Assembly (NCBI GenBank): GCA_036172245.1 | Contig: JAYWIR010000034.1 | Location: 372,001 to 436,000 of the forward strand | Reading direction: 5' to 3' | From: Raillietiella orientalis | Taxonomy: Eukaryota | DNA length: 64,000 nucleotides | Program-made: the position numbers and the translations under genes | The notes under the pieces: generated by a model | What the model saw: only the letters and a program-made list of their open reading frames with translations | What the model was told of the DNA's origin: nothing | Databases searched by the model: none | Shown here: positions 11,361 to 24,700 of the stretch, one piece after another | How the letters are laid out: each line of letters opens with the position of its first letter | Numbering within the stretch: the stretch's first letter is position 1

Positions 11361-14300
11361 AGGTTCTATTTTTCCTTTCCAGTATTGCCTTCTTCCTCCT
11401 TGGAGAACGAGTTCTTCGGAACACCGCCGGCACTGATCCTTGGAGAAGTCCCTATGGAATGATCTCCCTAATTTTCGGCGTACTTATAAAAGCCTTCAGA
11501 TGCGAGCAAGAAAAGATGAGAAGTGTTGTATCAGTAAGTGAGATTACGCACCCTGAGTCTGGATGAGCTCCTCGATGCTTTGACTTCCGTCAATTCTTGA
11601 GATAACTTGGATCTGCCTCACACTGACGCCAATCAATTCATAGCTCTTTTCCTTCCCAGCTTCCCACGGAGCCTTCGTGTCAAGTGTCTGGAAGTTGTCC
11701 ACTGATAGCATACCGACCTCTTTTTATTAGATGAGGAAATGAGGTGGGACCAACTGCACCCACCTCTTACCGGTCAGAAAGGAAAAATGCCTCGATCTTT
11801 ACTTAGGAAGCAGGTGAAGCATTCAAGGATACAAGACAGAAAATTCTGCCGTTCTTGCAACTTCCTTTTCCGTCGCGAGTGCCTTAACGCTGGATGAACG
11901 GAAAACAAGTCGACTTTTTGCTTCTTGCAGTTGATCATTAACTTTTCATCACACCTTTTCCGGAAGCGACTCTAGCGCGAATATTCTTCCGGGAATCGTC
12001 ATAGTGCAATGACATGGTCATGCGCTCTTTTCGGAAGATGAATGGTGTAGGAACATTCGGACTGAACCTGATGAAAATGGAAAGCTCCTGGAAAAAGAAA
12101 TTTCCAGGAACCAGTGAGATCTGGACCTGTAGTCATTTCTCCTTATTCGCCATGCTTTTGAAAGAAGCAGAAAGACGATGGCTTCCCTTTCGTAAAGCTG
12201 AGATATGGAGCATCCGATGACAGCATGAATTGCAGCGAGATGTTTAACGGCTCTCTCAGTGGAAGTAGATAACTCTCAAAATAGATTTCCAGATTTCAAA
12301 TTCTGGAGCAGCTCCCCAGTTTCTTCACACAGTCCAAGGACGTATATCGTTTTGAGTTTCCATAAGATGATATTCCCTTCGCTTTCCTTGGAAGAAAAGA
12401 GCAGTTTGGATCCTACTATTGTTCAAGGGTTCGTCAGCAGATGCCATGCTTTCAATTTGCTCTCTTTTAGTGGTTTTTAAAATTCTTCTTTCATCTTCTG
12501 GTGGCCCCTGATGGCGGGAGATTCTTTAGAAAGAATTGCTGAGCATTTCGCTCCCATTTCTTTCCTTATCTCAGAGATATGAAACTGCAATGGCAAAGAT
12601 ATGGCTGCTGCTCCCTTCTACGCAAAAGCATGCTCTTCATCGCATTTTGTGCATACAAAGTGTTCCTACTGTGCTGCGCCTCTCTCCATTTTAGGGGCGA
12701 AGCCAGAGAAATATCTTGACCTCCTCTGGGAAGTTTTTCTTTCCACTATTTTCCTCCTCCTGCAGACTAAATAGTACTTCTTCCTGAACCTAATCTGAGC
12801 TATCTGGTCTTGCAGCTCAACATCACTCCAGGATCTTCCAAGCTGCCGCCTGAAATTAAATCTGTATTTTTCTCCTTTATGAACCTAGGTGTGAGTGCAG
12901 GGATCGGACAAAGGTAGGTCTACGATGGGAAGAAAATCTTCGGCTACCTAATGGCATTTATCCCAGACTTCCCTTGGACCTTAATCCCTTCCGTGTTTGT
13001 CATAGTTTGCACTCCGTCGGAAGAAGAACGTGAGTGGAGACCTCGAGATTCAGGAAGGAAAGGTAAATAAACAGAATTCCAGGATGCATCAAGCGATCAT
13101 TCCGCAAGTTCCCCAAAGAACTCCACTTTCATGCCACTCTTAGTTTATGTGCCTGTAGTTTTCCTTACCCACTCTTAAAAGGATCAGCAGAAGGTATCAC
13201 ATTTGCCAGGAAGGGAGAAGGAAAGACTTTCAAGAAGAAAGAGTTTGAAGGGTTATTTTCCTACACAAGACTGCTTACTTCCTCTTCTCATGTAGTTATC
13301 GAGGAAACAAGAAGTGGTCTCATAATTTCGTTTTCTTGACTTTTTGTCATCTCTCCTCCTCCGTTGAGCATATTGAGGGTCACCATGGATGAGGGTCAAC
13401 CCCCGAGAGCTGGACGCACACACCGAGCAACGTAGCACGGCTGACGAAGCAATAAAATAAACGTGGGCAAGGTTCGGACACCCGACCTTGGACCCACAAG
13501 CTATCGAGACCGTTTCATGGAGGTCCGAGCTGCTCTCCAGGGAACCAAGACCGCATCCTGATGGTTTATCCTGGAGGGATCTCCCAGCATTGGACAGGCA
13601 ACCCGAACGACGTGGGTTGCCCCGCGTGAGGAAGCACGGAAGATCAACTTCATTTGTTCACCCGCAGAACCCTCCGCCTGGACCGGAATGTGGTTAAACA
13701 GGCGATGGGATCGCCATCCGAAGCCGGAATCGATCTCTTTCGCAGACTCTTCTGTGGCAAAGGCATCTTTCCTTTGTAGAATCCCACGTTGAGGACCACA
13801 CTGGCCTTCTTCGTGAGAAGCCTCCTCGCTAGAAGGACGGAGCCTTGCAAGAGCGTACAGGTGAATGCAGGCGAGATATTAATGGATGAGAAATGGGTAG
13901 ATTTCCAACCTGGATCATCTCCTACCCTCTAAAGAAGATTCAGGAAGTCGAAAGGCTAGAGCTCGGTGCAGTGGGGAGCCAAAGACACAGTGGCATGCGG
14001 TGAACGGTCCACCTTTCCTTTCCCCTGAAACCCTTGTGCCCTACACTTCCTCCCCCCCTCCCTTCTCTATCTTACATCCGTCCTCGCATACGAAAGCAGA
14101 AACTTCATCCGACGGAGATAACCCGAGGAGTTTCAAGTCGGCAATGTACAGTGTACTGTTGTTCCGTTGCAGTTTTCATCGATTTGCAAGATTTTGAAAG
14201 AGAACTGAAATTCACCCCACTTCGATTCGGACCGGGGAACAACAGCAAACAGAGTTGCGGCTATTCTCCATCCTTTGTCTTGTCCTTGTCGGCCTTCTTC

Positions 14301-15199
14301 TCGGTAACTTTTCCGAGGAGGGCAGCCTTCTCGGAAACGACTGTTCTCGTATGCGCGGTGAGAGGATGCTGCACTCCTAGAGATTACCACACTTCCCAAG
14401 TCAGCGGATTGGTCTAGCTCCGAGCTTCCGTTCTGTCTTGATTCCAGAAAGGCAAAGAAACGTTTTCCTCTCGGTCAATCGACATATTATTTAGAAACTG
14501 CAGAAAGTTCCCCTCCCGTCACTCTGCGACATGCGTTTCCTTGCGTCATTGAAATACCACGACAAGGACTGCACGATGTGCGATGATTAAAGAAGACACT
14601 TAAAATCCTTCCAGGAGAGGATTCGTTTCCTCCAAATTGCTTTATAAATTGTATTTAGGCATCCCATTCTAGAAGGAGGCCGATTAACGATGGTGAAATC
14701 ATGCATGTGGAGCAGAGATGGCGCCATAGAACCCTGAAACAGAAACGTGATGCCTTGCCAGGACCAAAAACAGTTAACCAGTACTCGTTCTTCTATTTAC
14801 AGACTTTTCTATTACCCTGCGCTCGTTTGTCTGTTAGGCTCCATTGAGGTTTGCGCCTTCTTGTTGGGGAGAGGGAGATGCCTAATCCATTCTTATTGTT
14901 TTGCTTTTTTCTTCCTATTTTCCCATTTCCAGATGGACTGGCATTCTGGAGTGAGAAGGTGGCACTGACTCCTCCCGACGCTGCTTTCGATTGCAGTTGT
15001 GGAAGCTTTTGTAGCGGACTCGGACTGCCTCTTAGCAGTTTCCTTTCTATAAGATGTCGCGTAGCCGACTCGAGGCAGACCCAATATCTCTTAAGCATTC
15101 ATCTGTTACAAAAGCCGAATGGTCCGAAACACCGTAAAGTCCACTCCATAACAGAGTTGTACCGCTCGCTATTGCACTCTTTACGTTTATTGCACTCAA

Positions 15200-15520
15200 A
15201 GCATGCGGAAAGAAATCCAGAACTGCATCTCTTGTCTCAAATGGATTCAGTTTTTCTTGAAATGCAAGTGCAATGATCGCAGTTCATGGCAACAGAAACG
15301 CATTCCGGCCTTCCTTTATTTTGCAGTTGTCATCATTTGCTGCTTCGACAACAGTGTGATCAAGTACTGCACAGGACGACACTCTCCGCACGCTCTCCAA
15401 ATGGTTAAGACCTGCCTCCTCATTCTTTGCTTTGTAATCAACAACTGAATACTCTTTACCATAGACATCACACCTGTCAGCCTTCACGCCATGACGTCCC
15501 CTTAAGATCAACACTCACAC
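15200..15520 (-). mobile_element. possible Penelope-like GIY-YIG endonuclease remnant
   Basis: CDVYGKEYSVVDYKAKNEEAGLNHLESVRRVSSCAVLDH has the spacing of CxxCxxxYIGxT...RxxEH......SAxxxH, but is heavily diverged. Confidence 0.3.
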
Positions 15521-16315
15521 CCGTTCTTCAAGTACGCCCCCTCCTGCAACTAACAGATGCTTATGCTTTATGATCTAATGCAGCCTGCGTTGCCATGGCA
15601 AGTTCACATCGCAGAGGGCCATTCATGCGTCGAAGTAGGACATCGGCGCCAGGTATGAACCCTCATCACAATGACCACTAATAAGTCCTCAGGTTTTTTG
15701 AAAGTCAGACCGGAGTGGTGAGTCGGTGGAGAGGATCCCTCTCGACTTCTAAAAAAAGGATGGAACGATTGGTATTCCAAAATCACCGTGTCGATCTTTA
15801 AAGTCTAACGGAAAGATCCTTTCGCACAGATGCAGCTGTTTCCATCAGAGTGAAAGCAAAAGTGAACGCTCTCTCACTGTCAGAGCTCATCCTTTCTTGA
15901 TCCTGCAACCAACCATTATCTGTACTCGGATAAATCAGCCCTCTAGTCATCGCTTTTGCTTATTCTCGAAAAGTCTGGAGATCCACTGTTTCGGCCATTT
16001 CTTCTCTCTGAGCACTGCGGCGAGCATTCAAATCCAAGTGAAAAAAAATCTCTTGAGTTCTTCATCTTCGACGATTCCTTCTTTGGCGAATTTAATTTGA
16101 GGTCTTCTTGTTTAAGCAGTGCGTAATTTTGTGGCGTGCAAAGATTTCAATTATTTGCAGATTTTTTGTTGAAAAGATGCAATAAACTTTGGCTTCAGCA
16201 AAAGCATCTTGAAAAAATTATGCAAATGCTGGTCCCCGTTACGTATTTTGTGCTTTCTAATTAGAGAACGCCTTGGAGCTGCCTCGAAATGAGTATTCTG
16301 AAATTGATTTCCGCA

Positions 16316-16800
16316 CTAAATCTTGGGTAGCATTTGCCTTTCCATTGAGCCACAATTAAAAGCAAAGAATGCGTTAAAAGATGGCATCTTGAAAGAGGAT
16401 GCGCTAATAAAGGAGTATTGGTTATTCTCTCGAAATGTATGGAAAAGATTCTTCAGCAGATATGTTGGTTTATGAAAAAACAACGTGCAGGATGATTTTT
16501 CTTTGGACGCATATTCGAGTTGCAACTTCATCCCAGCTCACTTTCCTGATCGTTTTCCTTAAAAGGGAAGCTGTGTCAATTTTTTGAGGTTCTTTTAACG
16601 TTCGGCTGGTCAGTCGCACGTTGAGAAAGGTTCGAATCATTTTCATCCGGATGAGAGGCGGCGTGAAGAGAATTCGTTCATCTCAGTGTTTATGTTTTCA
16701 CAGCCAAACGGAATGTGGCAAGGAAATGAATCGTTCAGAAAAATCAATTAGGAATTTTGTCTTAATAGCTCTCGATGAACCAACTGCGGAAGTCATCTCA
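16316..16800 (+). mobile_element. RTE-like LINE thumb-region remnant
   Basis: ILGSICLS...ILKEDALIKEYWLFSRNVWK resembles YLGSxIS...RIxKAxxAFxxLxxxVW. Confidence 0.3.
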
Positions 16801-17589
16801 TGCTCTCAACGATAGGAAAACTATAGGACGGAGACATCGAATTTGACTCCATCCAACCAACTTTTCATGCCTCCACAGAAAAAACCTCCATAATTCCAAT
16901 CTTCAGTTCATCCAGAAGCGAGAAAATTGTCTACGTAAGCTGCTTGCTTTACAACTTGATTCTTTTGCTCTTCTCCTGTAACCTCTCTGGAGGTTCAGAG
17001 TGAATACTTTATGATGGGAGCACTCACACGGGGGAAGATTTCAAATCCAACTGTTTGAAAATGTTGGCCGTGATGGACCTTCCCTACTGGCTATGCGATT
17101 TATTAGAGCTCAGAATTGTCTTCATCACGAACATTTTCCAAAAGTTGGTTTGGGGTATTTTGTTTAAGGGAGGACTCGCCGTCACTTCGCCTTGTTTTCG
17201 GGGTTTGCCAACGCAATAAATGCAAATGCGAAATTGTCGGAAAGGATAAACTGAAACCGAGGAGACTATGAGGAAGAAGGGAAGAGGATTGTGTTTGCCG
17301 TAAGAGATAATGACATTTTGGATGAAAATCAGCAATCCCGAATGAGTATCAGATCACATGCTTTTGCTGATACCATATCCACTTGACTTCGATCAGGGCT
17401 GTTCCTACTCAGCGTTGCTTCTTGATCCACAGCATCCCTCTGAAAGTTAGATGCCCCTTTCGGCATTCAAAGGAAGAAAGACTAAGATGTTTCTGAGTCG
17501 TTTCAAGATCCGCCATAGCTTTTTTCTGAAGCATCTCCAGCAACTCAACTATTGAGAAAATGAATTTTCGTTCTCCTTTGCCTCCAATC

Positions 17590-18440
17590 AGGAGGGGGAT
17601 CCTACAGACGGCGTCATTTTGGAAGCTGCAAGTATTAATTCGCCGGTGATTTCAAAATGAATTGTGATCAAGAAATTAGCATTAAACGCATTGATTTTCT
17701 CGATCAAACGAAGTGCGTTTCTTTATGGACGGCGAGACTTCTCAGTTGGAAATTTGTTTACAGATCAGAGGATTCCTACCTGTCCTCAGTGTCTCAAGAA
17801 AAGAAAAATTGTATCATGTCACTTTACAAGGACACTCTAAATACAATTCTAATGACATTCGTGAATCGCAGTTCCGATAAGTTACTGGAAAAACAAGAGA
17901 CTTCACGTCATAGGATCAATGTGATTTGCTTCCTCCAAATGCTGTATTTACGAAAATTGCTCCTCATCCTTGAAAAATCGTAACGTGATCAGATTTGCAT
18001 CTAAGCAACCAGTCAATTTCGAAGTTAGATTCGTAATACTCTCTGATCTTAAAGAATGTTTGGAATTCAGAAAGGGCTTAATATCCTGGTATGTAATTCG
18101 AGTTGGCCGGAGAAGAAGCAAAGCACTTGCTCTTCTGTTAAATTCTTGGTCCCCTCCGTACACAAACAGCCCTCATTCACTCCTGAATGGGACCTTTCCT
18201 CTCAAACTACTAGGGTACTATCCATGGAGAGACATGGAACTTTGCATAATAGTCCCTACGCATGCACTTATCAGACCACGCATCCAGAATACAATATCTT
18301 GATGCTTGGCGACACTCGGCCTCTCAACGGAACCTGAAACCTTTCCTGCTGCCGAGTACCACACGGGTTACGGGACTGGTTGCGCAGCGACCGTCTGAGA
18401 CGCACTGCTTCCTCGATGAAATCGTGGTATCAGTGGATCT
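17590..18440 (+). mobile_element. possible CR1/L2/Jockey-group LINE remnant
   Basis: YACTYQTTHPEYN and DWLRSDRLRR resemble LYxxxVRPxLEY and YxxRLxxL; weak. Confidence 0.25.
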
Positions 18441-21400
18441 CTGAAAGATGTCTATGAAAAAGGGAAGCTGGCCACATGGAGGGGCCTTTTCTCTTTGTAC
18501 TTCAAAGCACTGCAGGGATTCTGCAACAGAGCAATGATTTTTACTTAAATTTGCGCATTCTTCAAGGTAACTGATAAGAATTGAGGAAGATACGAAAGCA
18601 TACGTGACTGCGGCTTCAAATTAACTTTAGCTTGAAAGCACCGTAAAAATAGTAGCTTTCAGAAATTCAGATTATGGCTTTGGAGTAGCAGCTGGTCCTG
18701 GAAAAATGTTGCTGCGAATCCATGTTGCTGGGAAGAATAATGATAGCTATCCATTAGAGTTAGAAAAAGTTAATGAAAGTAGCTCGGCTTTCCTGTTTCG
18801 AAAAAGACGGGGGGGACACGTGTTGATTCATAGTCCACAAGCATCATTGCTCAGCAGTGAACGCCCGAACTGGAAGTAGAGAAAGCTGTGAGTTTCTTGC
18901 TGCTCATAATGAAAGAGCTAGATGATACTCAGAGCATGAAATGGTCCAGGTTCCTGAGCAGCTCCAGTAGCCTATGCTCCGCTCGAATTCTGCTTCTGCG
19001 TAAAAATGTCTTTCGCTAAGTAGGAGGAGTCATCCAGGTGACAATCCGCCTGTCTTTCCAAGCAAAATAGTGATATCCAATTAGGGGTGCCGTTTGCAAC
19101 GAGATCGTATTAGAAATTTAGGGAATCACTGAAAAGTGAAAACCCTACTTGCATACTACCACCTTCAACAGCCTTCACAATAACTCCTGATATATCATGG
19201 ATTGTCAAAGACATCATTCCCTTTATCATTGAATAAATTATAATCATATCTTTGTAATATAATATAACTTCCCTTTAATATATATATGCTATAACGTTGG
19301 TGTTTGATGGCCAGTGTTCTAGGGTTACTACATCAGTGGAACTATAATAAGTAATTTTTTTTGGGTTTCTTCAGCATTTTTCTGTGATTTGATCAATTCA
19401 TTAGCTATTGTGCAGCAATATCTGGCGAAGTGATTAAAGCATCTCTGAGAATGGAGCGAAGCATCTGCAACTCCGTGTTTCTTAATGGTTGATGTCTGCT
19501 CATTTCTTGCATTTCTACTTGCGGTGGCAAAGGCCAGCAAGAGTGCAGACACCTAATAGCATGCATCAAACACTGTGTGTTCAGCTCTTTTGAGCCCACG
19601 GTTTCCACTGATAAAATTGCTGTGGAAGAGATCTCGGGAGAACAGTCAAAAAAATTCCCTTGAGATACTTATTGAGATTTCACGCGAAACGATTATTAAG
19701 CATTAATGGTGCTACAGATTAATGAATTCTCTACTTACTCATTCGATACAACTGATCTAAAGGTAAAATCGAGAACACGTTATAATAGCAAGTTCTTGTA
19801 CATTCTAACGAACATGGAGTTCTTAATGGAATTATACATTTGGACGTAATTCAGATCCCAACATTCGTCATTAGCTCAGGCTTTATCTGCATATCCGAAA
19901 ACTTTCCATAAATTCAGCGTTCCTGTTCTATAAAATCTCAATCACAGCAAGACATGATTTAGAGGAGGATAGATTAGAGCAATTCTAACGTATTGTAACC
20001 CAAATTGAGATTTGCAAAGTTAATGAACGGAACGGAGATGAGATTTTCTCAGTACTGATGAAACAAGGATGGCAATTCGAGAGATGAGTTTCTGAAAGAT
20101 TCACAGCTACTGATATAAGGAAAAGGAAACTCGGATGCTCCAGGTGGAAGCATAGAAACAAGTCAGCAGCATTCGCTTCTTACTTAGGAAATTGCTTACA
20201 CTTCATTACTTGGAGAGGAGGGGGCAAGTGACCAAGTAGTATTACACAGACAAGAGCAATTATCTTTCGAGTGAAGCCTGCTTTTTTCAAGGATTTCTTG
20301 GAGTAACCCGAGCGGATCCGTAGAGTGCCTAGATAGGAAAAAAAACAGGGGCGCTTTAGAAGAAGTGCTTTTCTTGTTGCTTAAAAATGAATCATTTGGG
20401 CTTTGCTATTTCTTAAACTGCCAATGCTTTATTGGTTCCTTCAGAACGAAAAAGTGCTGCTCCAACTAAGACCACTGGGAAGCACTTAGTTTGTACATTC
20501 AACTCTGACCACGATTAGAGCAGATGCTTAGCAGAGGTAGCGGAAGAGTTTCATCCGAAAAGTAAGATCTTTGCCTGGATAAATATACCAATGTGTAATG
20601 CAGCAGAAAAACTTCCTTCTACTACGTAGTACTCCTGCACTACACTCTAACCGCAGTGTCCTCTAATTTAGATATGGAGGCGGCGTGACTGGAAGTCTCG
20701 AACTCCTAATGAAGTGTGAAATGAGATGCAGTGAACTTTTCAAGTTAATTTTTTCCAATGAAGGGTCCTTCTTTTCTCCTCAATATCGAATTCTCCATTT
20801 TTGTTTCAGAAAGAGAGTGAATCGTCTTACAAAAAGTCTATGGTGCATCCAAAAAATGAACAGTCGACTGGTGAACCTCATTTCCCACCCCTCATAGGGA
20901 ACAGGAAATTTTGGATCAAGATTTGTAACGGTGCATCTACTATTTCTGCCTGAGGCTCTTTATGCATTCAAGGTGCAATTCATATCATTTTGGCGTTCAT
21001 AAGAATTGCAAATTAGAGATCTTTAAATAACTATTTCATTTAGCTTTAATGCATACCCGACATCCGAAGCAAATAAAAAAAAACAAGAAACCACTGATGG
21101 ATTCTCGTTCTGAAAAGAATGAGGGGTGGCATACGATGCCTTGATGTATTTAATTTGTGAACTAATGATAATCCACTTCAATTGGCTTTCAATTTGCAAG
21201 AGTTATCACATCATGCTCGACCAGTCACCACACTGTTTGATCATTAATGATTATTAATAGATCATTAATGTTGAATGGTCGCCTAAATTCGCTTACTGGA
21301 AGTAATCTTCAAGCATCTTCAGTCACTGCTAGCTGTGCTAGCAGTGGGGGTAATCTGGAATCCCTGGAAAAGCATCACTACCCCAAAACATTGGTGGGGA

Positions 21401-24299
21401 GAGAATGAGAGATCTTGACAGAAATTTCATAAGTCAGTTGGTACCGAAGTCAGCAAAAGTCTGTAGACCAGTTGATGAAACTCGTGATGCACAAAAGATG
21501 AGGACTGATCACTTTTGTCTTCAGCATGACATAGATTTCGAAGTAAATGAAATGCTATTAGAGCTGTTTTCACAAATGTTACAGATACCATATCTTCCCA
21601 GAATCAGAACCAGCTCTAATCAGGGGTGCTGACGATGTGCTGCAACCACAAATACTAAGAATGAAGTGGTTTGGAGTTTCCGAAGTGGGAGATGTTTGAC
21701 ATGAAATTAACACCAACATTTTTGCTGCACTGAGCAATAAGAACTTTGTAGTTCCATGTGCTTTGCACCGATAAAACGCACGCTCTTAAATTTACTCGTG
21801 AATGCCTGAAATCATCATTCATCTTCATTACTTCTGGACGTCCATAGAGAGTATGACGTCATTGCTTCTAATGGGTTGCCTGGTGACGAGAATATTCTTT
21901 GCTGGGAGAATCCTCGGCACTTATTGTGAGACGATAGCGATTTCTGGAAATTAAGAAACAGACAACCGCTAAAACTGAAAGCAGAAACACATTCTGGATG
22001 CTGTATTTTTAATCTGCAACGTATCGGAACCTAAGAAAGGAAATCAAGAAGTGGAGACGCTGCACGGTGGACAGTGCTTTTCGAGTTAAACTCGATTAGT
22101 AAGGAAACCTATCGAAAATTCCCAGTGCTGCTCCGAGCCCTAGAAAAACACTTTTGTAGTTTGCATTTTACGATCAGCGGTCCAAAAATCGAAATATGAG
22201 AAGCAGAAGCATAGCATTGATCCCTGACGTTGACGGGAATGAAAGTTGCCTCCTTTTCAGCTGTCTTATGCATCTCCCTCCCTCCTGGATGTGAACTGCA
22301 CTATCAGAGTTCTGGGGGTTTTTGGTTGGGCGCATACGAACGCAAGTGTTGGTTTCCCAGGATTTCTGGGGGAACCCGTTGAAAGACTTACCGTCTACAA
22401 ACACCCATTGTGGATCGTGGAATCGCAACGTATGTATTCCAACAACTGCATCATGATCTTGATGAACCTGAGCAGGCAACCGTGTGAGTCTTGCAGCAAA
22501 GATTAAATCATGAACATTTCTTAACTGCCTGCCAGGGAAAATTACTCCTTTCCACCAAAGCTGCTACAATAAAGAAAGAACACAACTCTCCCGATATGCT
22601 CCTTGTAATCGTAACACTTTCGCCCGTGGAACTGATCAATTATATCAATTAATGATTTCAAAAAAAAAAAAAAAAAAACATTTGAGTAAGATTTATACGA
22701 TAATCGATGCTCTTCAAATTTGAATTTTCATATACTTTTAGGCTGAATTCAGTTCTTCTGAGAATCCTTTATGCACCTTTTCCCCGCATATCAATTCCTA
22801 CAAGCTTTTTTCAAGATTCACGTGTTATTCGAAGAACCGAGGAAAACCCTCAAACTGCATGAATAGGTGCGATGAACAAACGGGAAAGTGATGAATAAGT
22901 AAACTTCCGGAGTAAGAGCTCCCATAAGCTGATGTTCACATGAAGAATACGGCTTCCCTCTGAAACTTCGGCGATGCTTTCCAGCTGCCAACTCTTAAGG
23001 AATCTTCAGCGCATGGCATCCCGAAATGAAATTCTCAAGTAAACTGAGATTGATGAGCAGTAACAAGAACATCAACCTGATTCAAGATCATCAGGAGTTA
23101 GCCTTAATAAGATTTTTCGTGAACTGTGAAAAAAAAAAAAAAAAAGACAGGAATAAAAATAATGGAGACAATCGTCACTCGCAACGGTAATTCTTCCTGA
23201 TACCAAATTTCGTGGTGTGAGCAGCTGAAACCCAAACGCACACTCTAGACGAACAAAAAACGGATTCTGTAAGCAATGGATACTGCGTCTGAGGAGAGAT
23301 TCTTCATGGGAGCGCAAAGGGAAGGACCGTATTTCATTCCCTGTCGTATTTCTTCCGCCGCAAACTCATGCCACAGGTGGTTGCGCTGAGGCAAAACTCT
23401 GAACGATAAAGGAGTTGAGGAATTTGCGAAATTTACCCTGGTGAACAAGTTGCCTTCAGTCTTGCGCAATCGGTCTGAGGACTTCACATGATTTCAGCTT
23501 AAATCATCCCACGCGTATGTGCATTTCCATATTGCTGACATTCACCTGGGGAAGTTCCAGCAATTTTTGACTCGAGCACTCTGCACTTGCTAGTTGTCTT
23601 CTAAGCACACGTGACCCTGGAATGATTAGAATAATTGAAGATGTGCATGAGCTCCAGAAGAGACGCTCGGAACAAGGACTGGCAGGGCTGAGCAACGTTA
23701 CGAAGATTTCGAAATGTCTGATTTGGACGGCCTCTCATTAATTCTACATCCGCTGAGAGGCTACGAAAACTAGTGGCATCTGCGCGCCTGCCACATTGCC
23801 ATCTTCAGAATGGACATGGACATTTGGGAGGTGCACAAACCCATTTGGTACGAATTAATGAATGCACTCTTAACGGAAAAGAGTTGATCTTTGACTTGGC
23901 TCGCTTTTTCTTTTAACTAGCTTTTGCTTCTTTCTCTTCCACCAAAGGCGTCGAGAATCAATTTTCGGAAATCGAATCCTCGTTTAGAGAAGAACTGCAG
24001 AGCCTCTCTGCAAGATTGTGAGATTGATCCTTCCCACAAATTTTGCATCAGTAATTTTCAGCTCGAGCTCTTTTATGAGTTGTCGTTTCCTAAGACAATC
24101 AGTAGCAGTTTCCAGAAGTACTTTTTGTGCTTCCGTTCTTCCTTCCGCTTGCACTGCAACTTATTTGAGCAGAGCAAGTTTGAGGTTCCTCGCCCTGCGC
24201 GTAATGTACACAAGGATGAGATCATCTCCAGTACATAAGAGTACAGATGCGACGGGACCCTGCATTTCTGTTTCTTTTAGGGAGATGATTGATACGGTA

Positions 24300-24700
24300 G
24301 GTCCGAAACACACTAATCTTGCTGAATGTGTGGATGGCTAAAGTAAGAACGCGGTCGTGACGGAAGATTCCTGTTTTCAATAGTCTTCTTAGCACCAGGA
24401 AACGAAAGAGTTAAGATGACATCCACCTGATACGCGCTCTGCACTGAATCATGAACCGATAGTTATGCTTTCCTTTCGGGATTATCTGGAGCTCGTCCAC
24501 TGCATCGAAAGAAGGATAGTGCTTTCAGGATCGCAAAAGAAGCCACCCACAGTCCAAGACGTCGATTCCACGAATGTGTAAAAACTGACTGAGCGACTGA
24601 ATCCAAACGGATTCGTCTCACGACAGTTCGTGTTGAAAACACAACGAAGGAACCTGAGGAAAGCCTCTGAGGGAATTGGGAAGTGCAAAAGCGGAAATGA
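24300..24700 (-). mobile_element. possible LINE APE endonuclease remnant
   Basis: SFFRCSGRAPDNPERKA resembles the xxVYAPNxxxERK segment of L1/Tx1 endonucleases. Confidence 0.28.
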
